A DNA stretch of 63,412 nucleotides, the filler included, from Bigelowiella natans CCMP2755 (taxonomy: Eukaryota; Protista; Cercozoa), in NCBI GenBank assembly GCA_000320545.1. It is 7 parts of 7 records of this genome, joined end to end, with 100 filler letters (N's around TTAATTAATTAA, not from the genome) between each part and the next. Parts side by side here need not be neighbours in the genome. Positions count along the whole stretch, not along the records: positions 1 to 25,109 come from ADNK01002170.1; 6 more parts are not named here. One strand, given 5' to 3'. The notes under the pieces are model-generated. The model did not search any database and was not told the origin of the DNA. It worked only from the letters and a program-made list of their open reading frames with translations. Shown here piece after piece: positions 1-13,237 of the stretch; position 1 is the first letter of the stretch, and each line of letters starts with the position of its first letter. The translations under genes and the position numbers were made by a program.

Positions 1-273
1 GTTATCGCTGTATCCACGTTGTTCGTAATCATCGTCATATTATCATCGTCATCATCATCATCATCGTCGTCGTCGTCGTCATCTTTAGCATCCACTACTA
101 CCACCACCACTACTAGTAGTACCATCCATCAGAGTCAGTAGTTGCGCGACAAGTCGCTTGCTCGAATGGGCCACACTGCGCCCGCGCTTTGGACCTTCGA
201 CGCGTATTGCGTTCAGCGATATGACAGCACAAAAAAACATTGATGATGATGATAATAATGATGCTAATGATGT

Positions 274-306
<33 letters not shown>

Positions 307-402
307 CGGCCCCCTTCCACGTTGTTTCCCACTGCGTGCGAGTGTGCATTGGAGGTCAATAAGGGGAGGAGGAGGAGGAGGAGGCTGCTCGGAAATCAAG
401 AA

Positions 403-481
<79 letters not shown>

Positions 482-1447
482 TGCCGAAATGTCCCATTCT
501 AAATGTTTAATTAAAAATATTGGGAAGACATCGGCGATATTCGTCGTTCCACGATATCGCAGTGGTCAAAGGCCGCAATAACTTCGCAATTCCGTGGGAT
601 GATGAGGACCATCGGTATTTCTCATTGTTTCTTGGTTTCAGAATTAACTGCTACACATACCCTCTCCCTCACGCTGTCACTGTGTGTCGAATTCAAGATT
701 CCAACACACCTGCTCCACCCTCCCAGTGGCCAGCTGAGGAGGTGGTGAGAAAGCGGGATTAGCTAGAAGCCGTACATATTGCGTCTATCTCGTCTATATC
801 TAAATTCAAAGAATTGTATTTTTAAAATTTTTGAACATTTTGCTTTTCGCTGTTCAGAATATGGGCTTATATGAGAAAGAAGGTGCACGTGCATGGGCGT
901 GTCTATCAAGTATCGTCGTCGCGTGAGGGCCGTACGCTTTGCAGAGGAAGCAAAGACTGCCCGCGTTATCATCTCTCGCGACTGGATTAGAAGAGTTTGT
1001 TGTTGATGACGAACTGCTGGATGCATAGGACGAGACGTGTCTGCGCTTCCTGGAAGAGTGGTAGCAAACGGCGATCTTAGAGCAAAACGCGCACGGACGA
1101 TAGGTGCATGCTACTCGACACTGATCCGTTACATATTCTCGTCACCTTCCTCCTGAGAAATCCTCGAGAAAAACTGGATCTCCTGCCCCAACCTGCCCAC
1201 AAGAATGGCCATCATCGTCGTCGAGGTGTCATTCGGACGAAAATGAATTTTTGTTATTACCTTGATGTCGCTCATCGCCTTCCGCGGCAGGAGACAATGG
1301 CCAGAACCATGCTCCGGGGATCCCTCTCTAACACAGTAAGAACAGCATTGGCTCGCAAGGGGTTGGTTATTGGTAATCGGTGAAGACTAAGCGACACCTG
1401 AAGGAGGAGCTGCGCGCGACCGGCAGCCATCCGGGGGCCCTCTCCAT
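1..1447 (-). CDS. Multi-exon hypothetical protein (5' part; runs off window start); weak resemblance to an AAA-ATPase (CDC48/AFG2-type) N-domain
   Basis: ATG at 1447 gives MERAPGWLPVARSSSF, GT-AG spliced to EGSPEHGSGHCLLPRKAMSDIK; downstream exon ...LCFLCKAYG; exon phases not fully resolved. Confidence 0.35.
406..477. repeat. Representative intronic microsatellite; (GA)n, (CA)n, (TA)n, (CAT)n, (TAG)n and poly-C/G tracts occur in most introns of the window
   Basis: Directly visible; they generate most of the spurious low-complexity ORFs in the track. Confidence 0.95.
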
Positions 1448-1726
1448 CCGATCGATCAAATTCGATTCGAATTTTAGCTTAAAAATCACGTATATTTCTG
1501 TTCTGACGACAAACCAAAACTGAAGTCGTTTACTAAGTATTCCGAGAAAGCTCGCATTGCCGGCCAGGCAACTTTTTCCAGATGTTCCTCCGATATGGCG
1601 CGAGGCTCCCTCATGTGTAGCTAAAATCCCAGGACGATTTTACACTGCGACATATCAACTGAAGCTGATTTCTATTGTGACAGAATCATCCGCCATTGGC
1701 AATCGTGAGAGGCGTGAGGAAGAAGG

Positions 1727-3105
1727 ATGGATTCAACTCCCGTGTACGTGTTCCCCCCCTTCGATTTGCCTTTCTTCACTGGAAAAATTGGCATGTTGCA
1801 TTTGAACTTCTGGGCTTGCTGTTTTCATTGACCCGCCTTTGCCCTATTTGTTACGGTGCTGAAGGGGACGTCTCCCGCAGCGGATTCAATAGGAATGTGT
1901 GAGCATCGGCTGAAGATGTGTGATCGTGAGAGTTACTTATCATTTTTCAGAATCCCACGCATCGAAAGGCTGAGTCCCGATGAGCGAAAGAATGTCGAGG
2001 AAGACCTAAAGACAGCAAATTCGGTATCTGCTGAGCCCCTGCCGTGACTAAAACGATTCATGAAGGCGTTGCTCTTCCGTTTACTTCCCTTCTTCTATTT
2101 CTTAGCTCGCCCAACGATTACAAGAGGTGGCTTTTACAAATAAGGTCTGCAATTCATATTCTTTTTTCGGGCTGCGGCAGAGAGTGAGGTGGAGGATGAG
2201 AGGATGAAACATTTACGACGTGTTTGCGTATAAATCATCAAATCAGTGGTGCAAGAAAGATAAAGCGTATGCAGGCGTCTGGATTGCACGGGGAACTGGG
2301 TCATATGCACTCTTAACCATTAACACATAACAAACAGAGTTCAGAGCGCCATACTAGTCTTGCTATCTCCTCCTCGTCTTTGATATTAGCAATTTCTGAC
2401 ACTCTTTCCCGGTCACAGATACCCAATAGTAGGGCGATTCTTCCTGAAGCAAATCGGACTAGACCGCGTGGAAGGCTTCGTGGAGCAGGTGTAAAGAGTG
2501 GGCAACATGATATTTAAAACGAGTGTGTGTTACTGATTTCAATCAACCTCACTCGTCGCTCCATTCATCGTGTGACGCAGAGTAATCGGAAATAAGATAT
2601 AATCTCAGCTCAGTGCGCGATTATTGCTACATACTACAGGAATCACGGGCAAAAATATACGGAAAGTGCAACGCAAACGAGTAATTAATGATGCAGCACT
2701 GCAGCTAGGCCTGAACACGTTTTCGATCGACGCATCTGTTTTGATATCTGTGTGCTTTCTTCTTCTTGTTCTTCTTCTTCCCACCCTCTCCCTTTAGATT
2801 CGATCTTAACGTGCAATGGTCAAATGGCGACCTCACCAACATAGGAGTCATGTATAACCCCGAGGTAGCAGCTTGCAATAGAACACACCAGTCGGCCGCA
2901 TGATTCGTTTGTTGCTTTCAATGAAAAGTGTACTTTCAAGCGAGTGAGGGCTAAAAATGTACACAAATTACATTCTCATTTGATTTTTACATCATTTTCT
3001 AGACAAAAGAATCGAAGCAACTTCAGGGACGGATGATGCCATTGCGAACGGTATTCGTCTCCTTCTTTCCTCCTCCTCTTTATTCTCCCAACTCCCCCCT
3101 CGGAT

Positions 3106-3143
<38 letters not shown>

Positions 3144-3426
3144 CTCTTTCTCACTGACTTACCCACACACATACCCACACACATACATACACACAAGCAT
3201 CTGGATATATGAATATTGTAGTCGATGAAGTTTCCGTATGTCCATTACCGCCTCATCCCTGGGACAAGCGAGGTGCAGATTAGCTTGTCCGAATGCATAA
3301 TGTGTGCTTTTTCGCCTCCTCCCTCTCCCCTTTCATTCCATCTGCCTTTGGTTTTGTGTTCTTTTGAGCTGTGATGCATTAATTGATCATCTGTCTTGTT
3401 CACTACTCATGTTATCTGCTCTCTCC

Positions 3427-3473
<47 letters not shown>

Positions 3474-5292
3474 CTCGTTCGCATCTGCATACCGGGCAGT
3501 ACGATGAGGACTTCGGCAACAAAGGGAGCCTAAACAAATACGTGTACGTTCATAGTTGTGAGAAGAAAAGATGAACAACAACAACAATAAGAAGAAGATG
3601 GATTTTTAGGGGAGAGGGAGAGGGAGAAGCAGAGACATTAGTGATGTAATCTCTTATGACTTAGATTCGAACCAAAGAAGAAAGGCCTATACGACAAGCT
3701 ACTGGATAACTTTTACGCGGTAGTAGGAGTAGTAGTAGTAGGAGTAGTAGTAGTAGTAGCTGCCATCTGTGCATAAACCCTCCATGCCAAGGTGATGACG
3801 ATGGAGCTGCTGTCTTTCCGACGATGCATAAATCTCAAAAAGAAAGGAGAATGACTCTTAAAACATGTTATATAAGTCCTCATCATCCATCCATGCCTAT
3901 ATCATTAGGTGTCCCAGCTATATGAAAATATTTCTTTCGAACGCCTGGTAATGCATCAATCTCGTCAAACGTTATTTGCAGCATGGTTGCGATGATGCGA
4001 AAATGACCGCGAAACTTTGCTACTGTTACATGTTTTGCTGCCACCATCATCACCACCACTGATGATGATGTCATTATTTCTCGGGTCTCGAGACCTAATT
4101 TTCGGAGATTTAATTTTTGAACTCTCAAGGATTTCTGACTGAAATCATCGCATGTTTGGAAACCATTCCTAGATACTGGCACTGTCACTATCTCCATCGC
4201 CATCACTGTTCTTAACTTGTATGAACTTGTCACTGATGCAGGCGGGTTTGTTCGGAATGGACGCTAGGGGCGCGGAGCTGTTGGCACAGTGTCTTCTCAA
4301 ATGCGGCCAGGTTCTCTTTAGGGTTGATGATGGTGTAGTTGGCTGCTGTCGCTACTACTGCTTGCCCTTCTTTATCATCCTTTACCATGTTGTTGTTGTT
4401 GTCGAATATGAAGCAATAAGCTTTATATTGGGGACTTCCATGTGGAAGTGTCGTCTCATTTAATACGCTGCGGATAACATCATTACTTTTCGCTTTAGGT
4501 AACCGGTGCAGTGGATCAAGAGGACCAAATGGTCAGTGTTCTTTCCCTATGTGCGTGTGTGTGTGTGTGTGTGCGATAGTCTAGTAGGGTTAGCAGTAGC
4601 TCCCGAATTCCCCCGATATATTACACTGTCGCAACTCGTTTCGCGAAGTCATTATTTCCCGAGTAGCCGAATAATCCCTTTCTCGACAGAGCAATTTTGC
4701 TGCCTTCATATGGCATCTCCTCAGATTCTTCTCTTCCTCGTCAGCCTCATACGTCTGAAGTTTTATTTCTTCAATTTATATACAGGTGATATTCGAGAAG
4801 CCGCGCGAGGCGTTGAAGAAATTCAATGGGCAGGTACGCTAGGGCATTTTCGGTGGTTGGTGTTATCGTGAATAGGCGGTAGTAGGGTCGAGAAACAACC
4901 AAGTTGCACCTGAAACGGTGTCTTATTTCTCATCGATCGATGACACAGGACTTCATCCCAGTGTTAATCGTGACGCAAATCTCATTTTAATGCGAATTCT
5001 CATTATCAACCGTTGTTGTCGTTATGGCCACCATCGCCAACGTTGTCGCCGTCAGGTTCGTGATGTGTGCGTGAAAGTGCAGAGTGCGTACGATGCGATT
5101 GCAAAAGAGCACCCGAAGTTGCAGCAGCAAGTGAAGAACAAGATAAAGAAGGAGATGAAGACTAGAAAGACGAATGAAAAAGCAGCTATAGCGGCGGGCA
5201 AAGGTGGAGATGGTGCGACATCGAGTAAGACTGAAAGAGCAGCTGGTGGGAACAAGAAGTCAACGAACTCTAAGATGGAGATCACAAAATGA
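1727..5292 (+). CDS. PCI-domain protein, COP9 signalosome subunit 4 (CSN4)/RPN5-like C-terminus with unrecognised N-terminal half; about 14 small exons
   Basis: Spliced GT-AG exons give ...LYDKLLDNFYA|VSQLYENISFERL|AGLFGMDARGAELLAQCLLKCGQ|VTGAVDQEDQM|VIFEKPREALKKFNGQ|VRDVCVKVQSAYDAIAKEHP, matching the CSN4 winged helix plus C-terminal helix pattern (SKLYNNITFEELG...GFIDQIDGIVHFE...QIQSLC); stop at 5290-5292; start codon uncertain. Confidence 0.7.
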
Positions 5293-5330
5293 TGGGAAAT
5301 GCCGAGTCACATGGCAGTTGGCGAGGAGAG

Positions 5331-5354
5331 TATATGGACTTATAAGTCCATATA
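5331..5354. repeat. Perfect 24-bp palindrome TATATGGACTTATAAGTCCATATA
   Basis: Self reverse-complementary over 24 bp, about 40 nt after the stop of the PCI gene. Confidence 0.9.
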
Positions 5355-5649
5355 AGAGACCAAAATCTGTGCTGAAAATATGAGCACTATGCATGCAGCA
5401 AGTCATTTCTAGTGCATGTTCGTGAAGTTCTCATCTTGATTGCACGTGCCTTGTGATGCATGAAGCTGTGATCGCATCTCACACATGTCCAGATTGTGAC
5501 ATGTGTGCACACAGCTAGCCTAGAGCATTTGTAGGTGCGTGCTTGCACATCATTTGCGCATGCGTGTGCTAGCGTGCATGTGTGTGTCTAATTCGATCAG
5601 GTGCATGTGTGCATGCGAGGAACCTTAATTGCCTTGATGTCGTATTAGC

Positions 5650-6090
5650 AAAATGTGCGCACATTGCTTCGATCAACTTCTCTACATGACTCTTGGCTGT
5701 CCAAATTCTTTTCGATCTGTGACATTCAATTCTTCCAATTGCTGTGACGACAATTGTGTGACGAGAGGTGTTTCTCCAAAAACATCACTCGCCTCGATGT
5801 TTGCCATCACACCGACCAGACAGTTGACAATGGACAGATTTTACTCGATGAAATATCTGAAAACGAAATGTTACGACAATGTGACGCTGGCGCGAAATTG
5901 ATGGCATTTGCACCAAACGGACTTCGAAGCCCTTCTTTCCGACGGAAAATGATGGGTTTTGTTGGTTGAGTTTTGAGTAATCCAGCAACAACGTTGAAAG
6001 TACCGTATAGACATGTCGTAGGCACATAAAATAGGGGATGTCTCCAAAATGCCTCTTTATTCTAAATTTGCGAAATAGCATCTGTTTTGG
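5650..6090 (-). pseudogene. Degenerate ankyrin-repeat fragment
   Basis: Minus-strand NLSIVNCLVGVMANIEASDVFGETPL and HFGDIPYFMCLRH resemble the ankyrin consensus; frames are broken by stops. Confidence 0.35.
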
Positions 6091-6416
6091 GCGAAAAAGA
6101 GCTATATTTCATTGTCGCATTAATAATTGCCTGGGGACCACCCTCCCCGCCTGCGCATTGCTCAAGGAGAGATGTCTAACGACTGTTTCCAATGGCGGTC
6201 GGAACAGATAGGAAAGGGGTTTGAATCTAAGTTGATGACAGCGTTGTTCTTTAAATAGGCAAACAGGGACGTGCCGCTATGGGGCGAGCTGTAAATTCGA
6301 TCATGGGGGCGTTGCTGTTGCTGGGTTAGAATCACTCATAATGCATGAATCGTCTACGAATTTTTCCTCATCTTCCCTCGCCCAACAAAACCTTTAGTCC
6401 TCCCTCTCGACCTGGG

Positions 6417-7641
6417 ATGGGCCAACCAGAAATCACAATCAAGACATCTCGCGGAGGCGGCAGTGGCAAGAAACGAGAGGAGAGACGAAGGAAGAGGTCA
6501 AGATCCCGAGACCGAGGAAGGCATGGCCGCAGGCGAAGCTCACCACGCGGGTTGTTGTACATCATATTCAATTCCAATTTAACATAATTCATCGTGTATA
6601 TCTGGGAGAGAATGCTACGTTGCCCCCTGTACCCCCCCCCCCCCCTTTCCATTAATACTCTCCTCTCCGCATTGTTCTCAGGAGGGATCGCGGAAGAAGA
6701 CGCAAGAGCCGCTCCCCAGACCCTTTCGGGCGGAACGTCCGTCGTCGCTCGAGTTCCATAGAGAGGGAGGAAGCCCAGCGTAATGAGCTCCGCAGACAGC
6801 AGGAGGTGAAGAAGCAAGAAGAGGCCAGGCGAAAAAGGGAACGCGAAAAGGAGCTGAAGCGGGAGCTCCGGGAGCTGACAGCCTCCGCCCGCTGGGATGG
6901 GGAGGGTGTGCGGCCGCCTGGGACAGACCTTTCCCTGTATAGACTCGACAAGGACATGGGCTACGTCGCCAAGAACAAGTGCTGGGTCTTCACGCCAGGA
7001 GAGCCGAACTTGTGGTATGAGAAGAGGACGGGGCGGTACTACGTGTACAGCCGGGAGGAGCATGCCTACCTCTACTCCCACGGCGGGGTGGACCCCACGT
7101 ACGAATATAAGATGAAGCAGGCGGCACCGCAGCCTACACCACAAGGGCAGCCTGATGCTGCCGCTGCTGCTGCGACAACGACAACAACGGTTGACGCCTC
7201 GACGGGCGGGGCCTGGGCCAGCGCGAGTGGGAACGGCAGCGACAGCAAGAAGACGGTCGAAGCCCCGCAGGTGAGGAATATTCACTTCGCCACGGAATCG
7301 TGGGCTGGGCGCAAAGACACGCTCGAGGATAGATATACGGAAGAAGAGACCGTGAGCAACCTCGGCAGGTTCTATGGGCTATTTGACGGCCACGGGGGGT
7401 CGGCTTGTGCGGATTACGCCTGCAAGAGAATCCATAAGCAGCTGGCCACAGCATGGGGGAGGTACCGGAAAAGTTCAATGAAGGAAGCAGCGGCCGTCGC
7501 TGAGGCCTTTACCGAGACCTTCGCCGCTGTCGATGACGAGTAATAAGCATGGCGCCGGCTTCCGGGGGGGGGGGGGGGGGGGGGGGGGCACTAGTTGTAT
7601 TGAAAGCGCTGGTGGTAAGAGTGAAAAAGCTACAAAGGAAA

Positions 7642-7694
<53 letters not shown>

Positions 7695-8249
7695 CTGTCT
7701 TGCACCCAGCTCTCCTTACACATGACGATGCGCGTATGCAACAACAGGTATCTTAAGATCTCGCAGAAGAAGTCGGTGGAGGACGGGTCAACGGCAGTGT
7801 GCGCTTTGGTGGTTGGGGATTTTAAAAGTAACAATGATAGTAGCAATAATAATAGCAAAGGAAGCAGTAGTAGCAGCAGTGTCAGCGGGGGTTCCAAGTC
7901 GCTCTCCGGCCCGCCCCGTCTCTACACAGCGAATCTGGGGGACTCGCGCGCTATCCTTTGCCGCGGGGGGGAGGCCATCCAGCTGACCAAGGACCACAAG
8001 CCGAACGATCGAGAGGAGAAGAAGCGCATAGAAGGGTGTGGAGGCAAGGTAGTGGAGATTGGCACTGTGTGGCGCGTGACGAAACGGGATGTGTCCAACC
8101 GGCCGACGGTGAAGGTGTTCCTGAGCACGTCGAGGAGCTTGGGGGATCGCCAGTTGAAGATACCCGACCCATTAGTTAGCGGCGTGCCAGACGTCAAGAT
8201 GATAAGGCTGTCTCCGGTACTGCTAGTCGTAGTTGTAGTTGTAGTAGTT

Positions 8250-8285
<36 letters not shown>

Positions 8286-9284
8286 AGTATGATCATGATG
8301 ACGATGGTAATGACGGGTTGCGATGCTGCTGATATCAACAGGAGGACTACTTCATGGTACTCGTCTGTGACGGCGTTACGGATGTGATGAGCGACCAGCA
8401 AGTCGTTGACATCGTCTGCGACAATCTCGACGATGTGGAGGTACCAACAACTAGCTCATCGTCGTTGCGAATCTGATGATATCTAGTGGTAGTAGTTGAG
8501 CGCATTTCCACCTTATATTAGTCGAAAGGCGTCTTTCGTCTCCCTTACAACTTCTATATCACCCCCCCCCCCTCTCCCTTCCTCCTCCTATTCCTATTCC
8601 TCCTCCCCCGCCGCAAACCGTCATACGAATAATCTTACTAATCTTGGTAGAGAGCGGCGAAGTCGGTAGTGAAGGCGTCATACAAGACGGGAAGCAAGGT
8701 AGCGGGGGGGGGGGGGTGGGAGAGGATGGGGACGATACGATGATGAGAATAGTGATGATAACAATGGTAGTAATCATGATAATGATGATCACAATTCGAA
8801 ATTCGACCAATCGTCTGAAAGTCTTTCCCTCCCCTCCCCTCCCCTCCCCACTCGTCGTTGATGTGACGCGTCACAGGACAATCTCACTGCGATGGTGGTG
8901 CGATTCACGTGCCAGTGCGAGGGCGCTGAGGCCACCATCAAGAAGTACCGAGAGGCCAGGCGTGCGAGAGAAGAGGTTTCTCGACAGAACAACTACGGCG
9001 GCAGCCAACTGAAGGATATATGATTATTTCGTAGAATTAATCGATTTGCAGCATCCATGCATGGAGTTGTGCTGCTTACAGGGGAAGCTGACTCCTCCAC
9101 GGATCACGCTACTCCTCGTCGTTCTCTCTTACTGTTCTCACAGCTTTGATCTTAATTAACCCGCGCCTCTCTCCCCCCCCATCCCCTTCTTTAATTTCCA
9201 TAACGATAGGAAGAGGCCCGGAAAAAAGAGGAGGCGGCGAAGAAGGCAGCGGAGGAGGAAGAGGACTTTGATATGTTTGCTTAG
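6417..9284 (+). CDS. Protein phosphatase 2C (PPM family) with N-terminal RS-rich region, OCRE-like aromatic module and C-terminal acidic DFDMFA tail
   Basis: Motifs GRKDTLED, FYGLFDGHGG, DGSTA, TANLGDSRA, LTKDHKP, SRSLGD, VLVCDGVTDVMS, GSK|DNLTAMVV across GT-AG exons; last exon EEARKKEEAAKKAAEEEEDFDMFA* ends 9284. Confidence 0.9.
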
Positions 9285-10091
9285 GATGAGGCGGACTGAA
9301 AAACGACGGCACGTCTTTTTTTTCACCCTCTGCATGCGTGCTCACCACCGTCCAGAGGCTGTGTCACGCATTTGACTTTTCCCATGTGTTTTGGGAGCCA
9401 CTCTGTTGTTTGGTGGGTTGCAAGCAGAATGAATGTATGCGGGAGCGAGCAGTGAGAGAAATAAGCATCGGCTACGACTGACGACAGCCAATGCAACTCT
9501 TGTTTATTGTCAATCTGTGTAAGAATGAATATAACCGTTCATGGTGTTTGAAATGGTTTTGTCCCTTGTTAAAATAAATTGGATTTTGAAGTCAGCAAGA
9601 CACACATATACTTGTGTGTGCAGAGCATATGTTCGTATGCGCCCAGCGCTATGATGATGTGACAGCGATGCAGTCCATCCTTTCTGACTGCACCATACGC
9701 ACACATATATGCAAGCGCATGTAGTTAAACATCTTTGCTCTTATATTTAGTTAAGCCATGTAGCGTTATGCACAAGCACATCGCTAGCTATTCGTCCGTG
9801 CAATATAGTTAATTCATGTGGACGCGGGCGTGGTTAGCTGGCTGCTAGCTAGATGGCCGCGACCGACCATCGCCAATATAGCACAGCAGGCGACTCTTCG
9901 TCCGCCATGTAACATAAGCTAATCTTCGATTCATCGCTCATATACTCAGCACATGAATAGCCGCCTAGCTAGCAGCTGACGAATGATTTCGAATCCTATG
10001 CTAGATCGACGACTCTTGAAAACATGCGTCATGTATCTACATTCCGACGTACAAGCAGAACTCACGCCAATTATGATGACTCTATGATACT

Positions 10092-11421
10092 TCACACAGC
10101 AATGTCGGGAGCAATAAGAGTAAGGTCTAGCCCCATGAAGTCGAAGCTCACGACGAAATCATCGAGCTGATCAACGTGCAGCACATATTCCGCCATGGCA
10201 GCCGCCCAGGATCCACCAGAACATAGAAAAAAGAAAGAAGGCAATTATCGAAATATAACACAGTATTACTACAACAATGATAACAACAACTGCTACTCCC
10301 ACTCCTCCTCCTCTACTACCACCACCTCAACCAAAAACGAGAATATGCTCAGACTATCAAGAGCACGAGACATCGCAAAACCAGCATTTGAATGTGGAAG
10401 TAGGCGCTGCTGCTGCTGCTGCTACCACTAGTTAGGGTTTTTATATATCCTTCGCACACCTGGAAGTGGACCCGAGCGCCGTCTAACCCGGACGAGTGCT
10501 TCCTCAGCGCAGAGTAGATCTTCTTCGCGACGGCAGGCAGGAGTTCCAGCACGCCCACCCCCTAGTTACCATCGCCGAGTCCATTCACAAGCAGCGGTGA
10601 AGAAATCAGATATATCCAAGTTGCCGATGAGATCGAATGAACCAAGAAAAAGTACACACTGACTCAAAGCCACAATCCCCCCCCCCCCCCTCTCTCCCCA
10701 CCACCCCCGCCCTCTTTCTCTACTTTAGAACTGAGCAGGTTCCTCGCAGCTTCCACAGGGGATTTGAGGACTTGGTCGAGCATGGCCGACGCCTAGGAAA
10801 TGGAGGAAAGGGTTCTCATACTTGCTGTAAAGCTCGTAGTAGTGCATTGATGATGGCACCTAGAACTAAATAGCCGCTATCATTATCATCGCCACCACCA
10901 TCATCATCATCATCATCACGTCACGCAAATCACCAATTACCTTGGCCTTGACCTCGTCGAGTTGGCTGTTGTTCTGACAAGCGGGGGGTGGGGGGTAACC
11001 GATGAGAAATGCTTCTACTACTGTCATCACCGAATACAACCACCGCAAACACGCTAACCCATAATCAGAAGGATATGTTAGCGATATGAAACACACAGAA
11101 ACACACAAACACACCGCTCCTTTACCTTCTCAGGCAACCATGCAAAGAACTCGCCTGGATTGGCGAATTTCAAATCCACGCTCCCTTGGCGACAGAACCC
11201 GATCATGATTACTGCTCGAAATAACAACAACAACAACCATGCATCAACACACGGCAGGGCCTATTCAATACATTCGCTTGTCAATCATTCTATCTCCTCC
11301 TCCTCCTCCTTATCCCCTCTCTTGCTGATTCCAAACGAATCATATGTCGATATTACGTTTTGAATGAAATCCCGCCACCTCGCTAGGGATTCTGCTCAGA
11401 GATGTACACACACACATAGAG

Positions 11422-11452
<31 letters not shown>

Positions 11453-11781
11453 GAGAAGGTACTTGAAAAACAACACCGATGATTTTCACCGCGCCGCCGC
11501 AGCTTAGTAATAGCAGAAATAGCAGAAGTAGCAGCAGCAGCAGTAGTAGTAGTAGTAGTAGAAGAAGAAGTAGTACCGTCGTCCAAACGTTTCAAGCAAG
11601 TTTCTGGAGGCTGAGATGAGCTCAGGAGCAACCGACAACTACACAACACGTACGTACAGCCGCCACAATAGCATCACATCATCGCCATGGCCACAACAAC
11701 AACGACGACGTCGCCACCGCCACCCGCATGCAAGCTTGCGAAGGGGAGCAAGGTGTAGGAGTTGGTGAGAGGGGAGAGAGG

Positions 11782-11822
<41 letters not shown>

Positions 11823-11861
11823 GAAGAGAAGGACGAGGCAGTCGACGTTAAACGGGAAAAT

Positions 11862-11903
<42 letters not shown>

Positions 11904-13192
11904 ACACATGTGCTATGTAACAATCATTCTCCCCCTCCCCACCTCAAGTGCAAACTTCATCTTAATATCTTCCGGAGAGAGCGAACCTGCGTGTACATCG
12001 ATGATGATGATGATGACGATGATGGTGATGATGATGGTATGATAATGGTGGTGGTGATGATGGCGAAGAGAGGTTTCGCTTGATAATCGTAGCGCGTGAG
12101 TGCGTATTGCCTCATGACACAAATCATCATCACCATCATCATCATTATCATCATCATCACTATAATATATTATTATCATCAGCATCAGCACTCTTGCTAA
12201 TGCAAAGCGTATTGTTGGACTTCTCTCGCCGCCTGTCCTCATGTTATGCTTTGAATTCTTTTGCATCGGTTGCTTCCCCCCTCCTCCTCTCCCCCCCTCC
12301 TCCACAGACCTTTCGACTCGAGATCGACAAGGGAAATCGGGAACTCAACCTTTACGTCGCCCTGATGTTAGAGATGGAGGAGGAGGAGGAGGAGGAGGAG
12401 GAGGAGGAGGAGGATGGTGATGATATTGTTTGCTATCAACACACACACACGCACGCGCACACAAGCACAAGTAGAAACACAAACAAATCACCCCAAATTT
12501 CTCAGCACATCACGGATCGAGATCTATTTTGGGGAACAGCGCGGAAAGAAGCATGCTACCTGAACAAATGCTTGGTCTCTGTCTTGCAGGAGAAGACTGA
12601 TGAGGCCCATCTCGCCGCTGTTGTTCTTGTTGTCCTGCGGTCTGTCCTTAGAAGTCACCGCCTCCACCGCCTGTTTGGGTTGAGCGCTTTATAATAAATC
12701 ATAGCGGATTTTGACTGGATGTGTGTGTGTGTGTGTGTGTGTGTTTGAGAGAGAGAGAGAAAGAGAGAGAGAGTCCTCCTCATCCTCATCATAACCGATC
12801 CTCATGACCATCCTGCCAGCCTACCTTGATAGGATCGACGTCAGAAAAGAAAGCAACCCGAAGACACGTCACGCCATCCTCGCGTTTTATAACCTCCGCC
12901 GATCTCCCAGAGATTACAGGGAAACCTACGACGATTTCGCCAAAATCATGACAAGAATCATCGTTCTATCCCCCCCCCCCTCCCCCCCTATCTTTCCGTC
13001 TATTTGTGTGTGTGTGTGCGAGGTGTGACAGATGCAACGAATAAACGGGCGACGACTGCGACCTGCGAGGTCCTTCAAGGTCGCTTCTTGTATCATTTTC
13101 TGATTTGATGATTTCACGAGGACGGATGCATATACAATTTTCTTGCTTTTAGTATTATGTACGTAGAAATATGTGTATTCGTCTATGCATCA

Positions 13193-13237
<45 letters not shown>

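Noticed and set aside
85-510. Many short ORFs with poly-ER, poly-CV, poly-YI, poly-H/D/M/S or poly-P/G (here and throughout the window)
   Set aside because: Translations of intronic microsatellites and homopolymers
6368-7285. 305-aa minus-strand ORF
   Set aside because: Antisense shadow of the GC-rich PP2C exon; no recognisable motifs
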